In this document: in pieces, positions 33,226 through 44,408 of the stretch
How positions within the stretch are numbered: position 1 is the stretch's first letter
Layout: every line of letters starts with the position of its first letter
Assembly: GCA_000146045.2 (NCBI GenBank)
Contig: BK006942.2
Location: forward strand, 256,001-320,000
Length of the DNA: 64,000 nt
Source of the DNA: TPA_inf: Saccharomyces
Lineage: Eukaryota
Direction of reading: 5' to 3'
Translations under genes and position numbers: made by a program
The notes under the pieces: generated by a model
What the model saw: the letters and a program-made list of their open reading frames with translations, nothing else
What the model was told of the DNA's origin: nothing
The model's database searches: none

Positions 33226-34089
33226 CTATAAAGACTGTAAACCTCTGATTACCTCTGCCTGTGCGTCTTTATTCGCTTCCTCAGCAGAGGAAGCAATGGC
33301 TGCGTTCTTTGTTTGGTGGAAGATATCTCTTGTCTTTTCGAAATAAACAGTTTCCAATAGATTTCTCATCTGAGACTCAATGTCCTCAATTAAGGAACCC
33401 AAATTAGCGACATGTGATGTGAAAATAACATCTAATGGACGGGACATATCAATAGCGATGTCCTTTTCGGTCTGTCTTGTCAGGTTCCCGGATAACATCA
33501 TATGAGAATTCTGGTCAGTTTTTGTTTTGTCCAAGTGCAGAATGATTGTAGTGGTGACTCTATAGTTGAAACTGTCGGGAGAAGAAGGAGATGTTGTAAC
33601 TTCAAAAACATGGATACTGTCCCAATTACTGTGATCTGATTGGTTTTTTTTGAAAAGCACTACCCCTGCAAAATCGTGCCCATTGAAATCTTCTTCATTG
33701 AGGTCCCAGAGGTACACGCTGGAGATACCGCCTTCATAATAGAGATCTCTGTAAACGTCGAAAGAGTCATTGGCTAAGATCTCCAATTTTCTTAAAGGGG
33801 CTGAGGGAAAGGGGCTGTCTTGTAGATCCTTTGGGGATAGTTCTGGGTAATAAGTGTTCGACCAAGGCGATCTGAACGAATCAATATCACGATTATAGTC
33901 GCAGCATAAGTACTCCCGGTTTGAATCGGCGGAATCTTTCTGTGTGGATAGGGGAACGTCTACTGAAGATAGTAAATCTTGTGCCAAATTTGGTTGTAAT
34001 TCGATCAAGTTGTTTAGATTCTCCTGTAACGTGGTAGGATTTAGCCTCCTAAGAAGATCTAAAGCAGCATCGAATTGAGCATCAGACAT
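33226..34089 (-). CDS. CAP2: F-actin capping protein beta subunit Cap2 (287 aa)
   Basis: ATG (cat at 34087-34089). The translation MSDAQFDAALDLLRRLNP... is recognisable CapZ-beta. The 287-aa length fits YIL034C. Confidence 0.92.
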   Translation of the reverse strand: MSDAQFDAALDLLRRLNPTTLQENLNNLIELQPNLAQDLLSSVDVPLSTQKDSADSNREYLCCDYNRDIDSFRSPWSNTYYPELSPKDLQDSPFPSAPLRKLEILANDSFDVYRDLYYEGGISSVYLWDLNEEDFNGHDFAGVVLFKKNQSDHSNWDSIHVFEVTTSPSSPDSFNYRVTTTIILHLDKTKTDQNSHMMLSGNLTRQTEKDIAIDMSRPLDVIFTSHVANLGSLIEDIESQMRNLLETVYFEKTRDIFHQTKNAAIASSAEEANKDAQAEVIRGLQSL

Positions 34090-34193
34090 TACGGTGGTGA
34101 TTGTAGAGTTGGAGAGAGTTTTTGTATGTCACTTGATTGAACAGTTCTCCTTTATTTGTTACAAATGCTCTCATTTTTACGTTTTCCGTGGTG

Positions 34194-34210
34194 AAAAAAA
34201 AAAAAAAAAA
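34194..34210 (+). repeat. Poly(dA:dT) tract (A17) in the CAP2 promoter region
   Basis: An uninterrupted A run about 105 bp upstream of the CAP2 ATG. Confidence 0.8.
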
Positions 34211-34418
34211 TGAACATATATACATGTAGTAACAGCAGTAGTAGATGAAGAATTTAGAGTTTAAACAGGTAACATAACGCTATAAGGGAAAGGAAAGTGG
34301 AGATGTTATACATTATATTTACGTAGACGTTGAAGGAAGAAGAAAGAAAAAGGGAACAGAAGAAGAAGAAAAAGAGAAAGGAAATTCATGTGGATTTAAG
34401 ATCGCTTCCCCTTTTTAC

Positions 34419-35669
34419 TTAATGTCTTGTAGGATCATTGAGCTTTAATACGTCTACTGCAGGACCCAGTAAACGTTGAAAACCACTTTTCCCCAATGTG
34501 GCAACTTTGGTTCTCTTTGTAGCAGTCACAGTGGCCTGTCTGGGCAAATCGTTTAGCAAGGCCACTTCACCGAAATAATCATGGTCTTTCAGTTTATTTA
34601 TGACACCTTGGCCCTTCTTAGAGACGTCCACAGCTCCGTACTCAATTAAATAAAAGTTCTCCCCTTGATCACCCTCGCGAATGATTGTTTCACCCGGCTG
34701 GTAGATCTTGGTATCCAGTGCATCGGCAAGTTTGGCACGGTCGTACGTAGTCAAACTCTTCAAAACTGGCATGCTCTTCAAAAGATCGTCATACATGAGT
34801 CTCTTCTTGAAAGAGCTGCCCAAAAGTATTTTTCTGAAGGTGAGCCTGTCTAGAGCCCACAACAAACAGTCGGAGGTTGCTACAACGGTGGCAGCACGAG
34901 GGCTGTTGTACATAAGAGCAAGTTCCCCGAAACTGGAGCCTGGCCCGGAAGAGTTGACCTTGTTGTCGTTGACGTAGAAGTCAACAGTACCCTTTTCGAC
35001 GACATAGAAGTAGTCCCCTTGGTCACCTTGCTTGATTATCGTAGCACCTTTGGGGACGGACTTCTCCTCCAGACAATTTATGACCAGCCTTTTTGAGTCG
35101 GAATCCAGCTTGTTGAACAGAAAGTTATTACGGATCGATTTTTCCAGTCTTTGCAATTGCTGCTCGGACTTTTCCTTATAGTGATCTGGAGTCCAATCGT
35201 CAAAATTGTTTGGTTGTAAGGTCTCACCACTAACAGAAGTACGCCTTTGGGCGTTGAAGTGCATTGGGAGTGGAGGAGTTGATGTCTTTTCTCTAGTATG
35301 CTGTTGTTCTTCCTGTGCTTGCTGGTGAGTGTCCTGTTCGTGCGGGTCTAAATTAAACCCACTTTTAAACACGTTGGAGTGTGGGTCCTCGTTCACAAAG
35401 GGGGATTTGAACATAACACTCGATCTGGATCTTGATTGAGATTGAGCTGATTGAGGTCTGGAAAATGACTCCTCTGGTTCCGGAAATAGAACAATGTTCT
35501 TTGCCTTAAATTCAGGCTCCCTGGCCTTGAGGAACGCTCTCTGTTGTTCCAGCCTTTTATTGAAATAGTTGGCGGAGAACTGAAGAAAGTCGGACGGATT
35601 AGCGGCGTTGATTTCGTTCTGGAACAGTTGCAATTCGGCTTGCGATTCCTTGGGCAAAGAAGATACCAT
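34419..35669 (-). CDS. BCY1: cAMP-dependent protein kinase regulatory subunit Bcy1 (416 aa)
   Basis: ATG (cat at 35667-35669). The pseudosubstrate RRTSV and two cNMP-binding domains (FGELAL...PRAATV; FGEVALL...PRQATV) are present. The 416-aa length fits YIL033C. Confidence 0.94.
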   Translation of the reverse strand: MVSSLPKESQAELQLFQNEINAANPSDFLQFSANYFNKRLEQQRAFLKAREPEFKAKNIVLFPEPEESFSRPQSAQSQSRSRSSVMFKSPFVNEDPHSNVFKSGFNLDPHEQDTHQQAQEEQQHTREKTSTPPLPMHFNAQRRTSVSGETLQPNNFDDWTPDHYKEKSEQQLQRLEKSIRNNFLFNKLDSDSKRLVINCLEEKSVPKGATIIKQGDQGDYFYVVEKGTVDFYVNDNKVNSSGPGSSFGELALMYNSPRAATVVATSDCLLWALDRLTFRKILLGSSFKKRLMYDDLLKSMPVLKSLTTYDRAKLADALDTKIYQPGETIIREGDQGENFYLIEYGAVDVSKKGQGVINKLKDHDYFGEVALLNDLPRQATVTATKRTKVATLGKSGFQRLLGPAVDVLKLNDPTRH

Positions 35670-35960
35670 CGTTTATTCTTACTGTTGTCTTTTGAAAATA
35701 ATCTGCTTGTTGTAAATGATCTTCCTATTTATGTATGCGTGAAATGCGTGTAATGGATGTGATGATAGCGATCGCTTGACTTAGTCGAGGAAAGCGTAAA
35801 GTGTCCCTTTTTCTCTTTCCCTTTTCCCTGTTTGTTCAAATTTTCTCTTTTCTACCTTCCTCTTCGTTTTGCTCCTTGCCAGCAAAACGAGGAAGGACAA
35901 GAATTTTGGAGAGCGGCGGCGCGGCGCCATAATAAATGCACTTGAGCAAATGCAATAAGT

Positions 35961-36317
35961 TCAGCTTATGGCTTCTGCAACAAAGAAGAGGTCGGAATCC
36001 GAGCACAGTATAATCAATATATTATCAGGCAGAACAAAAGTGGCGGGTATAACACGAAGAAAGAAGGAAGGGTGGTGATTGGGTGCTTTGTTTTTTTCCG
36101 CTCGTCGTGGTGGCATGCGCTTTTTTTTTCTTGGGTGAAGATTAGCCGCCGAAGTCGTATGCTCCTCTTTTGAGCGTTTTGAAAGATAGAAAAAAGCTGA
36201 GTAAGTAAAATCGTCGGCGGCTAATCTGAAAAGTATATAAAGTCCTTTATATTTTCCACTCGTATTCTTTTCCCTCCTCCTTTTTTTTTTTACTTTCTCA
36301 CGTATGGCTTGTTTCAT
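35961..36317 (-). CDS. Small ORF (118 aa) in the BCY1-ULP2 intergenic region, probably non-coding (position of dubious YIL032C)
   Basis: ATG-initiated but of low complexity (KKKRRREK..., poly-K/R). It lies in a promoter region and has no recognisable domain. Confidence 0.15.
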   Translation of the reverse strand: MKQAIREKVKKKRRREKNTSGKYKGLYILFRLAADDFTYSAFFYLSKRSKEEHTTSAANLHPRKKKRMPPRRAEKNKAPNHHPSFFLRVIPATFVLPDNILIILCSDSDLFFVAEAIS

Positions 36318-36632
36318 TTATTATCAGATCAGTAATCACGTGCCGTGTCGTTAGAAATGACATTTGGTTCTTTGCCTTCTTTGTCCTTTTTCTATCTTCC
36401 TACTAAGAGAAACTATTATACAATACAATAAGAGAACATCGTGAAACAACATAAAAGATATCACGTCATCAGAGAGAGATAAAACATCACAACCAATTAC
36501 ATTACAGTGTATTCGTTTCTTCTTAGAGAGAGAAATAAAGAGCGGGATAAAAGGACACTACACAGTATACCCCATACCCAGGTGCAATAATACACGTATA
36601 TCTATGTTTATTGCACATCAAACCCCACATAT

Positions 36633-39600
36633 ATGTCTGCCAGAAAACGCAAGTTTAATAGTCTCAAACCGCTAGACACCTTGAACAGCTCTCGTGCCAG
36701 CTCTCCAAGGTCCTCTGCTTCTCTACCGCCCAAAAGATATAACACTTTTCGTAAGGATCCGAAAATCGTTGATCATCTAAACAATGCTTCTACAAAGGAT
36801 TTCTTACCAGTTTTGAGTATGAACAGCGAGAGTAAGAGGCAGATCGAATTGTCGGATAATGATGTTGATAATAATGATGAAGGTGAAGGCGTCAACAGTG
36901 GCTGTTCAGATCAAGATTTTGAACCTTTGCAAAGCTCTCCTTTGAAAAGACACTCATCACTCAAAAGCACTTCCAATGGTCTTTTGTTCCAAATGTCTAA
37001 TAATCTGGGGAATGGTTCACCGGAACCGGCAGTAGCGAGCACTTCTCCAAATGGCTCAATTATTTCCACTAAACTAAATTTGAACGGCCAATTTTCTTGC
37101 GTTGATTCGAAAACATTGCGAATTTATCGGCATAAAGCACCATGCATAATGACTTTTGTCTCAGATCATAATCATCCGAAATTTTCATTGTATTTTCAAC
37201 AATCGGTGATCTACAATTCACAAGTTAATCTGCTTGATGATGTTGAATTGATAATTTTAGATAAGAAGAACTCTTTTATGGCTATAATTTTAAAAGATCT
37301 GAAAAAGGTCAAGATGATACTAGACGTGAATAACTCTTCAATCAACATTAACACGAACATCTTGATATGGTCCACTGCAAGCTCCGCTTCAAATAAAAAA
37401 ATAAAGTCTATTAAAAGATTCCTGTTGATGTCATATTCTTCGTCGATAAAAGTCGAAATTTTAGATCATAAAGAGCAGATTTTGGAAAGACTAAAACATC
37501 TGATTCATCCTATTTCTTCGTCATCACCTTCATTGAACATGGAAAGGGCAATAAACTCCACTAAAAATGCATTCGACTCTTTAAGACTTAAAAAAACTAA
37601 ACTTTCTACTAATGATGATGAAAGTCCGCAAATTCATACTCATTTCTTATCAAACAAACCTCATGGTTTGCAATCCTTAACAAAAAGGACTCGTATTGCC
37701 AGCCTTGGGAAAAAAGAGCATTCAATATCTGTTCCAAAATCGAATATTTCACCCTCAGATTTCTACAACACTAACGGGACAGAAACTTTACAATCCCACG
37801 CAGTTTCACAACTAAGACGTTCAAATAGATTTAAAGATGTTTCGGATCCAGCAAACTCAAATTCAAATTCAGAATTTGATGATGCAACTACGGAATTTGA
37901 AACACCAGAACTGTTTAAACCTAGCCTCTGTTACAAATTCAACGATGGTTCAAGCTATACTATAACAAATCAAGATTTCAAGTGTCTTTTCAATAAGGAT
38001 TGGGTTAATGATAGCATTTTGGATTTTTTTACAAAATTTTACATTGAATCATCTATTGAAAAGTCAATTATCAAAAGAGAGCAAGTTCACTTAATGTCCT
38101 CTTTTTTTTACACGAAACTAATTAGTAATCCAGCAGATTATTATTCTAATGTAAAAAAGTGGGTTAACAATACTGATTTGTTTTCTAAAAAGTACGTTGT
38201 TATACCAATTAACATAAGTTATCATTGGTTTAGTTGCATTATAACAAACTTGGATGCGATCTTGGATTTTCATCAAAACAAAGATAAAAACGATGCCATC
38301 AACTCCGATGAGATTTCTATAAATAATCCTCTGGTTAATATTTTGACTTTCGACTCGTTGAGGCAAACTCATTCAAGAGAAATTGATCCAATAAAAGAAT
38401 TTCTCATATCCTATGCACTTGATAAATATTCAATTCAACTGGATAAAACACAAATCAAAATGAAAACGTGTCCAGTTCCACAACAACCTAATATGAGCGA
38501 TTGTGGTGTTCATGTTATTTTGAATATTAGAAAATTTTTTGAAAATCCGGTGGAAACAATTGATGTATGGAAGAATTCTAAGATTAAAAGTAAGCACTTC
38601 ACCGCAAAAATGATTAATAAATATTTTGATAAAAATGAAAGAAATAGTGCGAGAAAGAATTTAAGGCATACTCTAAAACTCTTACAACTCAATTACATCA
38701 GCTATCTGAAAAAAGAAAATTTATATGAAGAAGTTATGCAAATGGAGGAGAAAAAAAGCACCAATATCAACAATAATGAAAATTACGACGATGACGATGA
38801 AGAAATTCAAATCATTGAAAATATAGATCAAAGCAGTAAAGATAATAACGCGCAGTTAACCTCGGAACCTCCCTGCTCACGATCATCCAGTATTTCAACA
38901 ACAGAAAGAGAGCCGACAGAGTTGCATAATTCCGTAGTACGACAGCCCACCGGTGAAATAATAACTGATAATGAAGATCCCGTTCGCGCTGCTTCTCCAG
39001 AAACAGCATCCGTTTCTCCTCCCATACGTCACAATATTTTAAAGAGTTCATCTCCTTTCATATCAGAAAGTGCGAATGAAACTGAACAAGAAGAATTTAC
39101 GTCACCATACTTTGGAAGGCCGTCTTTAAAGACGAGGGCTAAGCAGTTTGAAGGCGTTTCGTCACCAATAAAAAACGATCAAGCCCTGTCATCCACCCAT
39201 GATATTATGATGCCGTCGCCTAAACCTAAAAGGATTTACCCAAGCAAAAAAATCCCACAACTTTCCTCGCATGTTCAATCTCTATCGACTGATTCTATGG
39301 AACGCCAATCTAGTCCCAATAATACCAACATTGTAATTTCAGATACAGAACAAGATTCGAGGTTAGGAGTGAATTCTGAAAGTAAAAATACTAGTGGTAT
39401 TGTTAACAGGGATGACTCGGACGTCAATTTAATTGGTAGTTCACTACCTAATGTAGCGGAAAAAAATCATGACAACACTCAGGAAAGTAATGGTAATAAT
39501 GACAGTCTTGGTAAAATACTTCAAAATGTTGACAAAGAACTGAACGAAAAGTTGGTTGATATTGATGATGTGGCATTTAGTAGTCCAACTAGGGGTATTC

Positions 39601-39737
39601 CAAGAACCAGCGCGACAAGCAAGGGATCAAATGCACAACTTCTCTCTAATTATGGAGATGAAAATAACCAGTCTCAAGATTCTGTTTGGGATGAGGGCAG
39701 AGATAATCCTATACTCTTGGAAGATGAAGACCCTTGA
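36633..39737 (+). CDS. ULP2: SUMO-specific protease Ulp2/Smt4 (1034 aa), C48 peptidase
   Basis: ATG at 36633. The Ulp catalytic core has His (...ISYHWFSCIIT...), Asp and Cys (...NMSDCGVHVI...). Long S/N-rich tails are present. The 1034-aa length fits YIL031W. Confidence 0.92.
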   Translation: MSARKRKFNSLKPLDTLNSSRASSPRSSASLPPKRYNTFRKDPKIVDHLNNASTKDFLPVLSMNSESKRQIELSDNDVDNNDEGEGVNSGCSDQDFEPLQSSPLKRHSSLKSTSNGLLFQMSNNLGNGSPEPAVASTSPNGSIISTKLNLNGQFSCVDSKTLRIYRHKAPCIMTFVSDHNHPKFSLYFQQSVIYNSQVNLLDDVELIILDKKNSFMAIILKDLKKVKMILDVNNSSININTNILIWSTASSASNKKIKSIKRFLLMSYSSSIKVEILDHKEQILERLKHLIHPISSSSPSLNMERAINSTKNAFDSLRLKKTKLSTNDDESPQIHTHFLSNKPHGLQSLTKRTRIASLGKKEHSISVPKSNISPSDFYNTNGTETLQSHAVSQLRRSNRFKDVSDPANSNSNSEFDDATTEFETPELFKPSLCYKFNDGSSYTITNQDFKCLFNKDWVNDSILDFFTKFYIESSIEKSIIKREQVHLMSSFFYTKLISNPADYYSNVKKWVNNTDLFSKKYVVIPINISYHWFSCIITNLDAILDFHQNKDKNDAINSDEISINNPLVNILTFDSLRQTHSREIDPIKEFLISYALDKYSIQLDKTQIKMKTCPVPQQPNMSDCGVHVILNIRKFFENPVETIDVWKNSKIKSKHFTAKMINKYFDKNERNSARKNLRHTLKLLQLNYISYLKKENLYEEVMQMEEKKSTNINNNENYDDDDEEIQIIENIDQSSKDNNAQLTSEPPCSRSSSISTTEREPTELHNSVVRQPTGEIITDNEDPVRAASPETASVSPPIRHNILKSSSPFISESANETEQEEFTSPYFGRPSLKTRAKQFEGVSSPIKNDQALSSTHDIMMPSPKPKRIYPSKKIPQLSSHVQSLSTDSMERQSSPNNTNIVISDTEQDSRLGVNSESKNTSGIVNRDDSDVNLIGSSLPNVAEKNHDNTQESNGNNDSLGKILQNVDKELNEKLVDIDDVAFSSPTRGIPRTSATSKGSNAQLLSNYGDENNQSQDSVWDEGRDNPILLEDEDP

Positions 39738-40049
39738 AAGCACTCGCACGCATAGTTTTATATTTTTTATTCTTTTCCTCTTTATTTTTATTTTTTTAAC
39801 ATTCTCGCATAATAATAGTAACAGCAATAAAATAACTAGTAATATACATACTCACATAAATAGGCATATTTTTTATTTTGTTCTTTCGTATTCAGAATGG
39901 TAAATTTTTCTAATGAAATGTTTTACAAAAATTTTTTTTCTATAATTCTAACAATAAGAAATAAAACAGTGGAAAAACATATAACTTAATGTAGATATAT
40001 ATATGTAAATATGCTAGCATTCATTTTAAATGTAAGGAAGAAAACGCCT

Positions 40050-43000
40050 TTAACTTTCATCTGGTAAATTTTCTAAAGCTCTACCCTTAGTGTAAACCTC
40101 GTCTTTTACATTCTGTACAGTACTTTTGAACCATTGAATGAACAGCACAGTTGCTTGGAAAAAGAACGTAAATGACTCTAATGCTATCAGTAGTCCGAAA
40201 TAAATATCTTGCATCCTTGTCCATGTTGGGAATGATTCGTTAAGCGATAAAGTGAAACTCCTGGATCCATGGCTAATATCGATAATCTGCTTTGTAGAAA
40301 CATCACGTAAAAATACTAAGGATAAAATAATAATCGGCAAGACGTAAATTACCATGTGCAGGAAACCTTGTTTAAACAGTTCCAAAGCCATTGTTTTCAA
40401 GAAGTTCAATTTACTAGTATTTCTGTTTCTGAAAAATAGTTTCAATGACTTATATCCGGTTCCGAAATTGACCATTGACGAAATGATCCAAACGACGAAT
40501 AACAAACTCTCGTCATATTTAAACCATTTGGAATTACCAATAGTGTATGAAGAATTGCCAAACACTCTGATGGTGAGATAATTGTAACAGGCTAGTATAC
40601 CATCGGTTAAGACGACCCACGAAACCATAGTTCTAATAACCGCAATCATGATAGCTATAAACACCATCAGGTTATACTTCACCAACATACTATCAAATAT
40701 ACTGTTAAAGATGGCCATGAAAATTCCTTGACCCTCTTCCACATTATTGATATTATTAACAGGGGCATTGTTGATATCTCTCTCTGGTATATCGTGTTCC
40801 ACTTCCTCTACTTCGTTTTCGTCAACGGCATGTTCATCGAGAGTGTTTTGGCCTTCTGTAAAATGAAGAATATCCTTAGCAATCTTGGATAAACAAACAG
40901 ATCCGACACAGACATAATAAATGTTCAAATAGGAGTAGCTAATGTCAGAGAGTTCCTTCCATGCAACATAGACCTTATTTCTTTCACCTAACAATAGCTT
41001 TACGACTGGAAGAAAGCCGAAACTACAAACAAAGTTTATTAAAGCTTGACTAATAAATGTAACACCAAGCATTAAAATGGAAGCAAATAACCAAACCAGG
41101 CCAAGCAATGTCATATAGCGTAAACGGAAATCTGGAGGGACGTAAACGATATAATATTGATCATATTCCGTGTTTTGTTCGTCTAAATAACCAAATTCAC
41201 CAGCAGCACGTTTGTTTCTCTCTTTAATTCTTTCCAAATCTAATGGTTTCAACAGCTTATCATCCTTTGTAACGGGGACAAACATTGTTTGTACATAATT
41301 TCTGGATACTATATCAGAAGAAGGAACACGCATTAAAACGCCATCGGGGACAAAATAAGCATGAACGTCACGAACTTGCCCAAACAATTCTTCTGCTTGT
41401 TCTAGAGTCTTTGGTTTAGTGAAAAGTTCTTGGTTTGACCATTCTGCATTCTTGGCAGCAATGTACTTGTAAAACAAATTGCGGTAAACAATATGGCCTC
41501 TCTCTGTTGGGGTATCTTTACCTAAGATAAAGGATGATAAACGTAATTTTCTTGAACATAACTTAAAAATTGTTTTCCAATACCTTTCCAATAAGGGTTT
41601 AACGTAAGAGCTAGACTCCAGGATCCTCTTCGTAAAATATAAAGTTAGCAAAATTGTATTGAACTTCCATGAAATAATTGATGTTGGTTTATAAGCTTCA
41701 GGAACGGATAATAAGTTCGATTTGAGCATGAATGGGAAAAAAATTCTAGTATGGAAGCCAAAACCTAAGACAATAAAAATCGCATAAATAAACATGGATA
41801 AGCAAAGCCTTGATAATTGAATACTCATCGGATGAATTAAACTATCATGCAAGATCTTAATATTAGGATCTTCTGGAGATCTGATAAAGAATAGAACACC
41901 TGGTCTAATGATATTTTTCCTAATCATTCCGATATATTTGGCAAACCAATACATGTAGAGAGTACCAATCGTCCAGTATACGAAAAGGGAAAATGGAGGC
42001 CATATTGCGCATATTGAAGGAACCCAAAGCATCCGACTATTGGATGCCAGGATTGGGCAAAATAATGAGAAATCTAGCATTACACCAGCTAGAATGGGGA
42101 ATCCAGCCAATTCGATGAAAAATAAAGTGAACACCTTGAAAGTGCATTTGAGTGCAAATAAAATCTGGAAAATCAGCCTTCTAGTAGGGTTGCTCATTCC
42201 GTTCTCACGGCCATAACCCCTCGAGACAAGATTGGATGAAGCACAAACGATACTGACTGAGGTTAGATACGTCGTTAAAGCAGGTAAAGCTCTGATGAAA
42301 ATTGAGTGCTTCATGGTGTTTTCAGTGTAGCCGTTGTAAAGATAAATGATGTCATGAATTAAGTGGTCTGAAATCCAACTCATCGCGACATCTACTTTAG
42401 GGACCAGTTTCGTCAGCCCATTGTAAGCTATATGAGCGCCAGACAAGTAGTAAAGATGGCACAACCCACGCAAAATAACCTTAAATATACCAAAATAAAT
42501 TTTCAACAAACCGAACCCAATAAAAGTTGGAAACAAATAGGAAATTGCCAGGTATATTGCGGTGAAAACTACGGCAATTATGAAATAAGCAATGACATTC
42601 AACAATTTCAATTTGAGATTTATCACTAGAGGGCCTTGTCCTTGATCGTCTGGGTTAGCCTGTGCTGGTGGCACACCAACAGCTGCGCCAAAGTCTTGTT
42701 CGTCTTGATCGACATTTCCAGCTCTGTTTTGGGCAGGTGGTGGGATGAAAACCGGAGCGTTGGGCCTGTTTATTGCGTTCTGTTGAGCAGCGATTAGGTC
42801 ATCAAATTCATTTTGCGCACGACGATTTGCCCACATGTCAATCGGATTGGGCTCTATATGATCACGGTAATCTGCCTCTTCTTCTGGTTGCTGCTGTTGC
42901 TGTTGCCCCTCTGCTTCTTCATCTTCTTCGTTGTCACTTGAAGACCCCGGTAAAATTCGTGACGAATCATCACCTGATGGTAAACTATTGTCAGAGTCGT

Positions 43001-44009
43001 TGTTCTCGTGCTCTTCCGTAGCCTCATCATGATCTAATTCGTCTACGTGGCGAAGGTTTTCAAAATTCCGATGGTCATTAGGATCCTGAGGTGGAACGTT
43101 ATCGTTTCTGGGATTAATAACATTATTATTATTATCTGCTGCTGCGGCTGGCATGTTCAGTCTATCATGACCTTGCTCTTGACGATTTTCGTCATGAGCT
43201 CTCATTTCCCTCGCTAAATATTCAACCATTCTATCATCCATCATGGGGAATCTTTCCTTCAAACGTGATTTCAAGTCCTTGGGAGATAATCTTGGACCTA
43301 TCTTGTGGAAAACCATTTTACTGAAAACATCCTCTCTTACTATCATATCGTATTGAAAGTACAATGCTATATGTAGTATCACTATCATAATAAATTGTAA
43401 AGACGTAAACGAATGGTTTTGTAAAAGTTGGTAAAAAATTGCTCTCGTGGTTAATTCTGGAGTTGCTGACTGATCATAACCATAAATCAAACTCTTTAGG
43501 AAATCACCAGGATAAGGGGATGATCCATCTAGCATCATGGTGTATAATTTTCCAAACATGTTCCATACCAAAGGAACACCGATAATATATAGTACAGCGG
43601 CCAAACCAATCGTTAAAGCCAAACGAGCTTTTTCGAAAAATGTCAAGATGCTCTTGGATAGTAGTAAAGAAAAAGGTATCTTTTCGGGCATGTTTTCCGC
43701 ATATATCGTTTTGAATTGAATGGGATAGTGACAGATGTCACATTTAACATCCGCGCCTGGTTTTGAAATGTCTATATTTTTTGAAGCTACCCATTCCAAC
43801 AGACAGGATTCATGCATGTATTTAATTGAGCCCCTGCATTTACAAGGATGGAAAAGAGGATTGTCCTCAGTAGCTTCTCCACGACAAATACGGCAGGTGG
43901 CGCCGGATGGCGCATCATCATTGAAAGTGGCGGTATCTGTTTCCTCGTTTGCCACCTTATGCAGTTCATCTCTTAACCTGGAGACATTAACGTCAGAATC
44001 AACATCCAT
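40050..44009 (-). CDS. SSM4: ER/nuclear-envelope RING-CH E3 ubiquitin ligase Doa10/Ssm4 (1319 aa)
   Basis: The ATG (cat at 44007-44009) gives MDVDSDVNVSRLRDELHK... The N-terminal RING-CH is present (CRICRGEATEDNPLFHPCKCRGSIKYMHESCLLEWV...CDICH). About 14 TM segments follow. The track start is 3 codons upstream and non-ATG. Confidence 0.93.
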   Translation of the reverse strand: MDVDSDVNVSRLRDELHKVANEETDTATFNDDAPSGATCRICRGEATEDNPLFHPCKCRGSIKYMHESCLLEWVASKNIDISKPGADVKCDICHYPIQFKTIYAENMPEKIPFSLLLSKSILTFFEKARLALTIGLAAVLYIIGVPLVWNMFGKLYTMMLDGSSPYPGDFLKSLIYGYDQSATPELTTRAIFYQLLQNHSFTSLQFIMIVILHIALYFQYDMIVREDVFSKMVFHKIGPRLSPKDLKSRLKERFPMMDDRMVEYLAREMRAHDENRQEQGHDRLNMPAAAADNNNNVINPRNDNVPPQDPNDHRNFENLRHVDELDHDEATEEHENNDSDNSLPSGDDSSRILPGSSSDNEEDEEAEGQQQQQQPEEEADYRDHIEPNPIDMWANRRAQNEFDDLIAAQQNAINRPNAPVFIPPPAQNRAGNVDQDEQDFGAAVGVPPAQANPDDQGQGPLVINLKLKLLNVIAYFIIAVVFTAIYLAISYLFPTFIGFGLLKIYFGIFKVILRGLCHLYYLSGAHIAYNGLTKLVPKVDVAMSWISDHLIHDIIYLYNGYTENTMKHSIFIRALPALTTYLTSVSIVCASSNLVSRGYGRENGMSNPTRRLIFQILFALKCTFKVFTLFFIELAGFPILAGVMLDFSLFCPILASNSRMLWVPSICAIWPPFSLFVYWTIGTLYMYWFAKYIGMIRKNIIRPGVLFFIRSPEDPNIKILHDSLIHPMSIQLSRLCLSMFIYAIFIVLGFGFHTRIFFPFMLKSNLLSVPEAYKPTSIISWKFNTILLTLYFTKRILESSSYVKPLLERYWKTIFKLCSRKLRLSSFILGKDTPTERGHIVYRNLFYKYIAAKNAEWSNQELFTKPKTLEQAEELFGQVRDVHAYFVPDGVLMRVPSSDIVSRNYVQTMFVPVTKDDKLLKPLDLERIKERNKRAAGEFGYLDEQNTEYDQYYIVYVPPDFRLRYMTLLGLVWLFASILMLGVTFISQALINFVCSFGFLPVVKLLLGERNKVYVAWKELSDISYSYLNIYYVCVGSVCLSKIAKDILHFTEGQNTLDEHAVDENEVEEVEHDIPERDINNAPVNNINNVEEGQGIFMAIFNSIFDSMLVKYNLMVFIAIMIAVIRTMVSWVVLTDGILACYNYLTIRVFGNSSYTIGNSKWFKYDESLLFVVWIISSMVNFGTGYKSLKLFFRNRNTSKLNFLKTMALELFKQGFLHMVIYVLPIIILSLVFLRDVSTKQIIDISHGSRSFTLSLNESFPTWTRMQDIYFGLLIALESFTFFFQATVLFIQWFKSTVQNVKDEVYTKGRALENLPDES

Positions 44010-44227
44010 GACTTTCACACTTCTAGTCTCTTTGATTCAATTAGTGGTACTCTTGGCTAAAAAAACAGTTTTTGAAATCAGTAACAAAGAACTATTCTTA
44101 ACGTAATCTTATGGCTTCATAGATCGGTCATAATCATCTTTTCAATGTCCTCAATCGATGCGTTTTCAACCAGTTTTCCGTCTCTAATGATTTAATTTTT
44201 CTATTGAATTGAAAATGGTAAAAAGAT

Positions 44228-44300
44228 AGCCCTGTAGGGGGCTCGAACCCCTAACCTTATGATTAAGAGTCATACGCGCTACCGATTGCGCCAACAAGGC
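44228..44300 (-). tRNA. tRNA-Lys (anticodon CUU), 73 nt, no intron
   Basis: The revcomp reads GCCTTGTTGGCGCAATCGGTAGCGCGTATGACTCTTAATCATAAGGTTAGGGGTTCGAGCCCCCTACAGGGCT. This is the canonical yeast tK(CUU) with an A box (TGGCGCAATCGG) and a B box (GGTTCGAGCCC). The anticodon CTT sits in the loop ACTCTTAATC. Confidence 0.95.
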
Positions 44301-44354
44301 TATTTCGTTGGAAAAACTACTTATTTTAGGAAGTAATAGCACATTTAAGATGCT

Positions 44355-44408
44355 TGTTGGAATGAAACTTTAAAATATCATCTGTTTAGTACTATTCATG
44401 TTACTAAT
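44355..44408 (+). mobile_element. Truncated Ty1/Ty2 delta LTR fragment (5' terminus TGTTGGAAT..., about 54 bp)
   Basis: tgttggaatgaaactttaaaatatcatctgtttagtactatt aligns loosely with the delta 5' end TGTTGGAATAGAAATCAACTATCATCTACTAACTAGTATT. It is diverged and the boundaries are approximate. Confidence 0.5.

Noticed and set aside
35961-36317. 118-aa ORF (YIL032C position) and 124-aa ORF at 52201-52575 (YIL025C position) as real genes
   Set aside because: They have ATG starts but highly basic or low-complexity translations, and they lie inside promoter or terminator regions of flanking genes. They are retained only at very low confidence.
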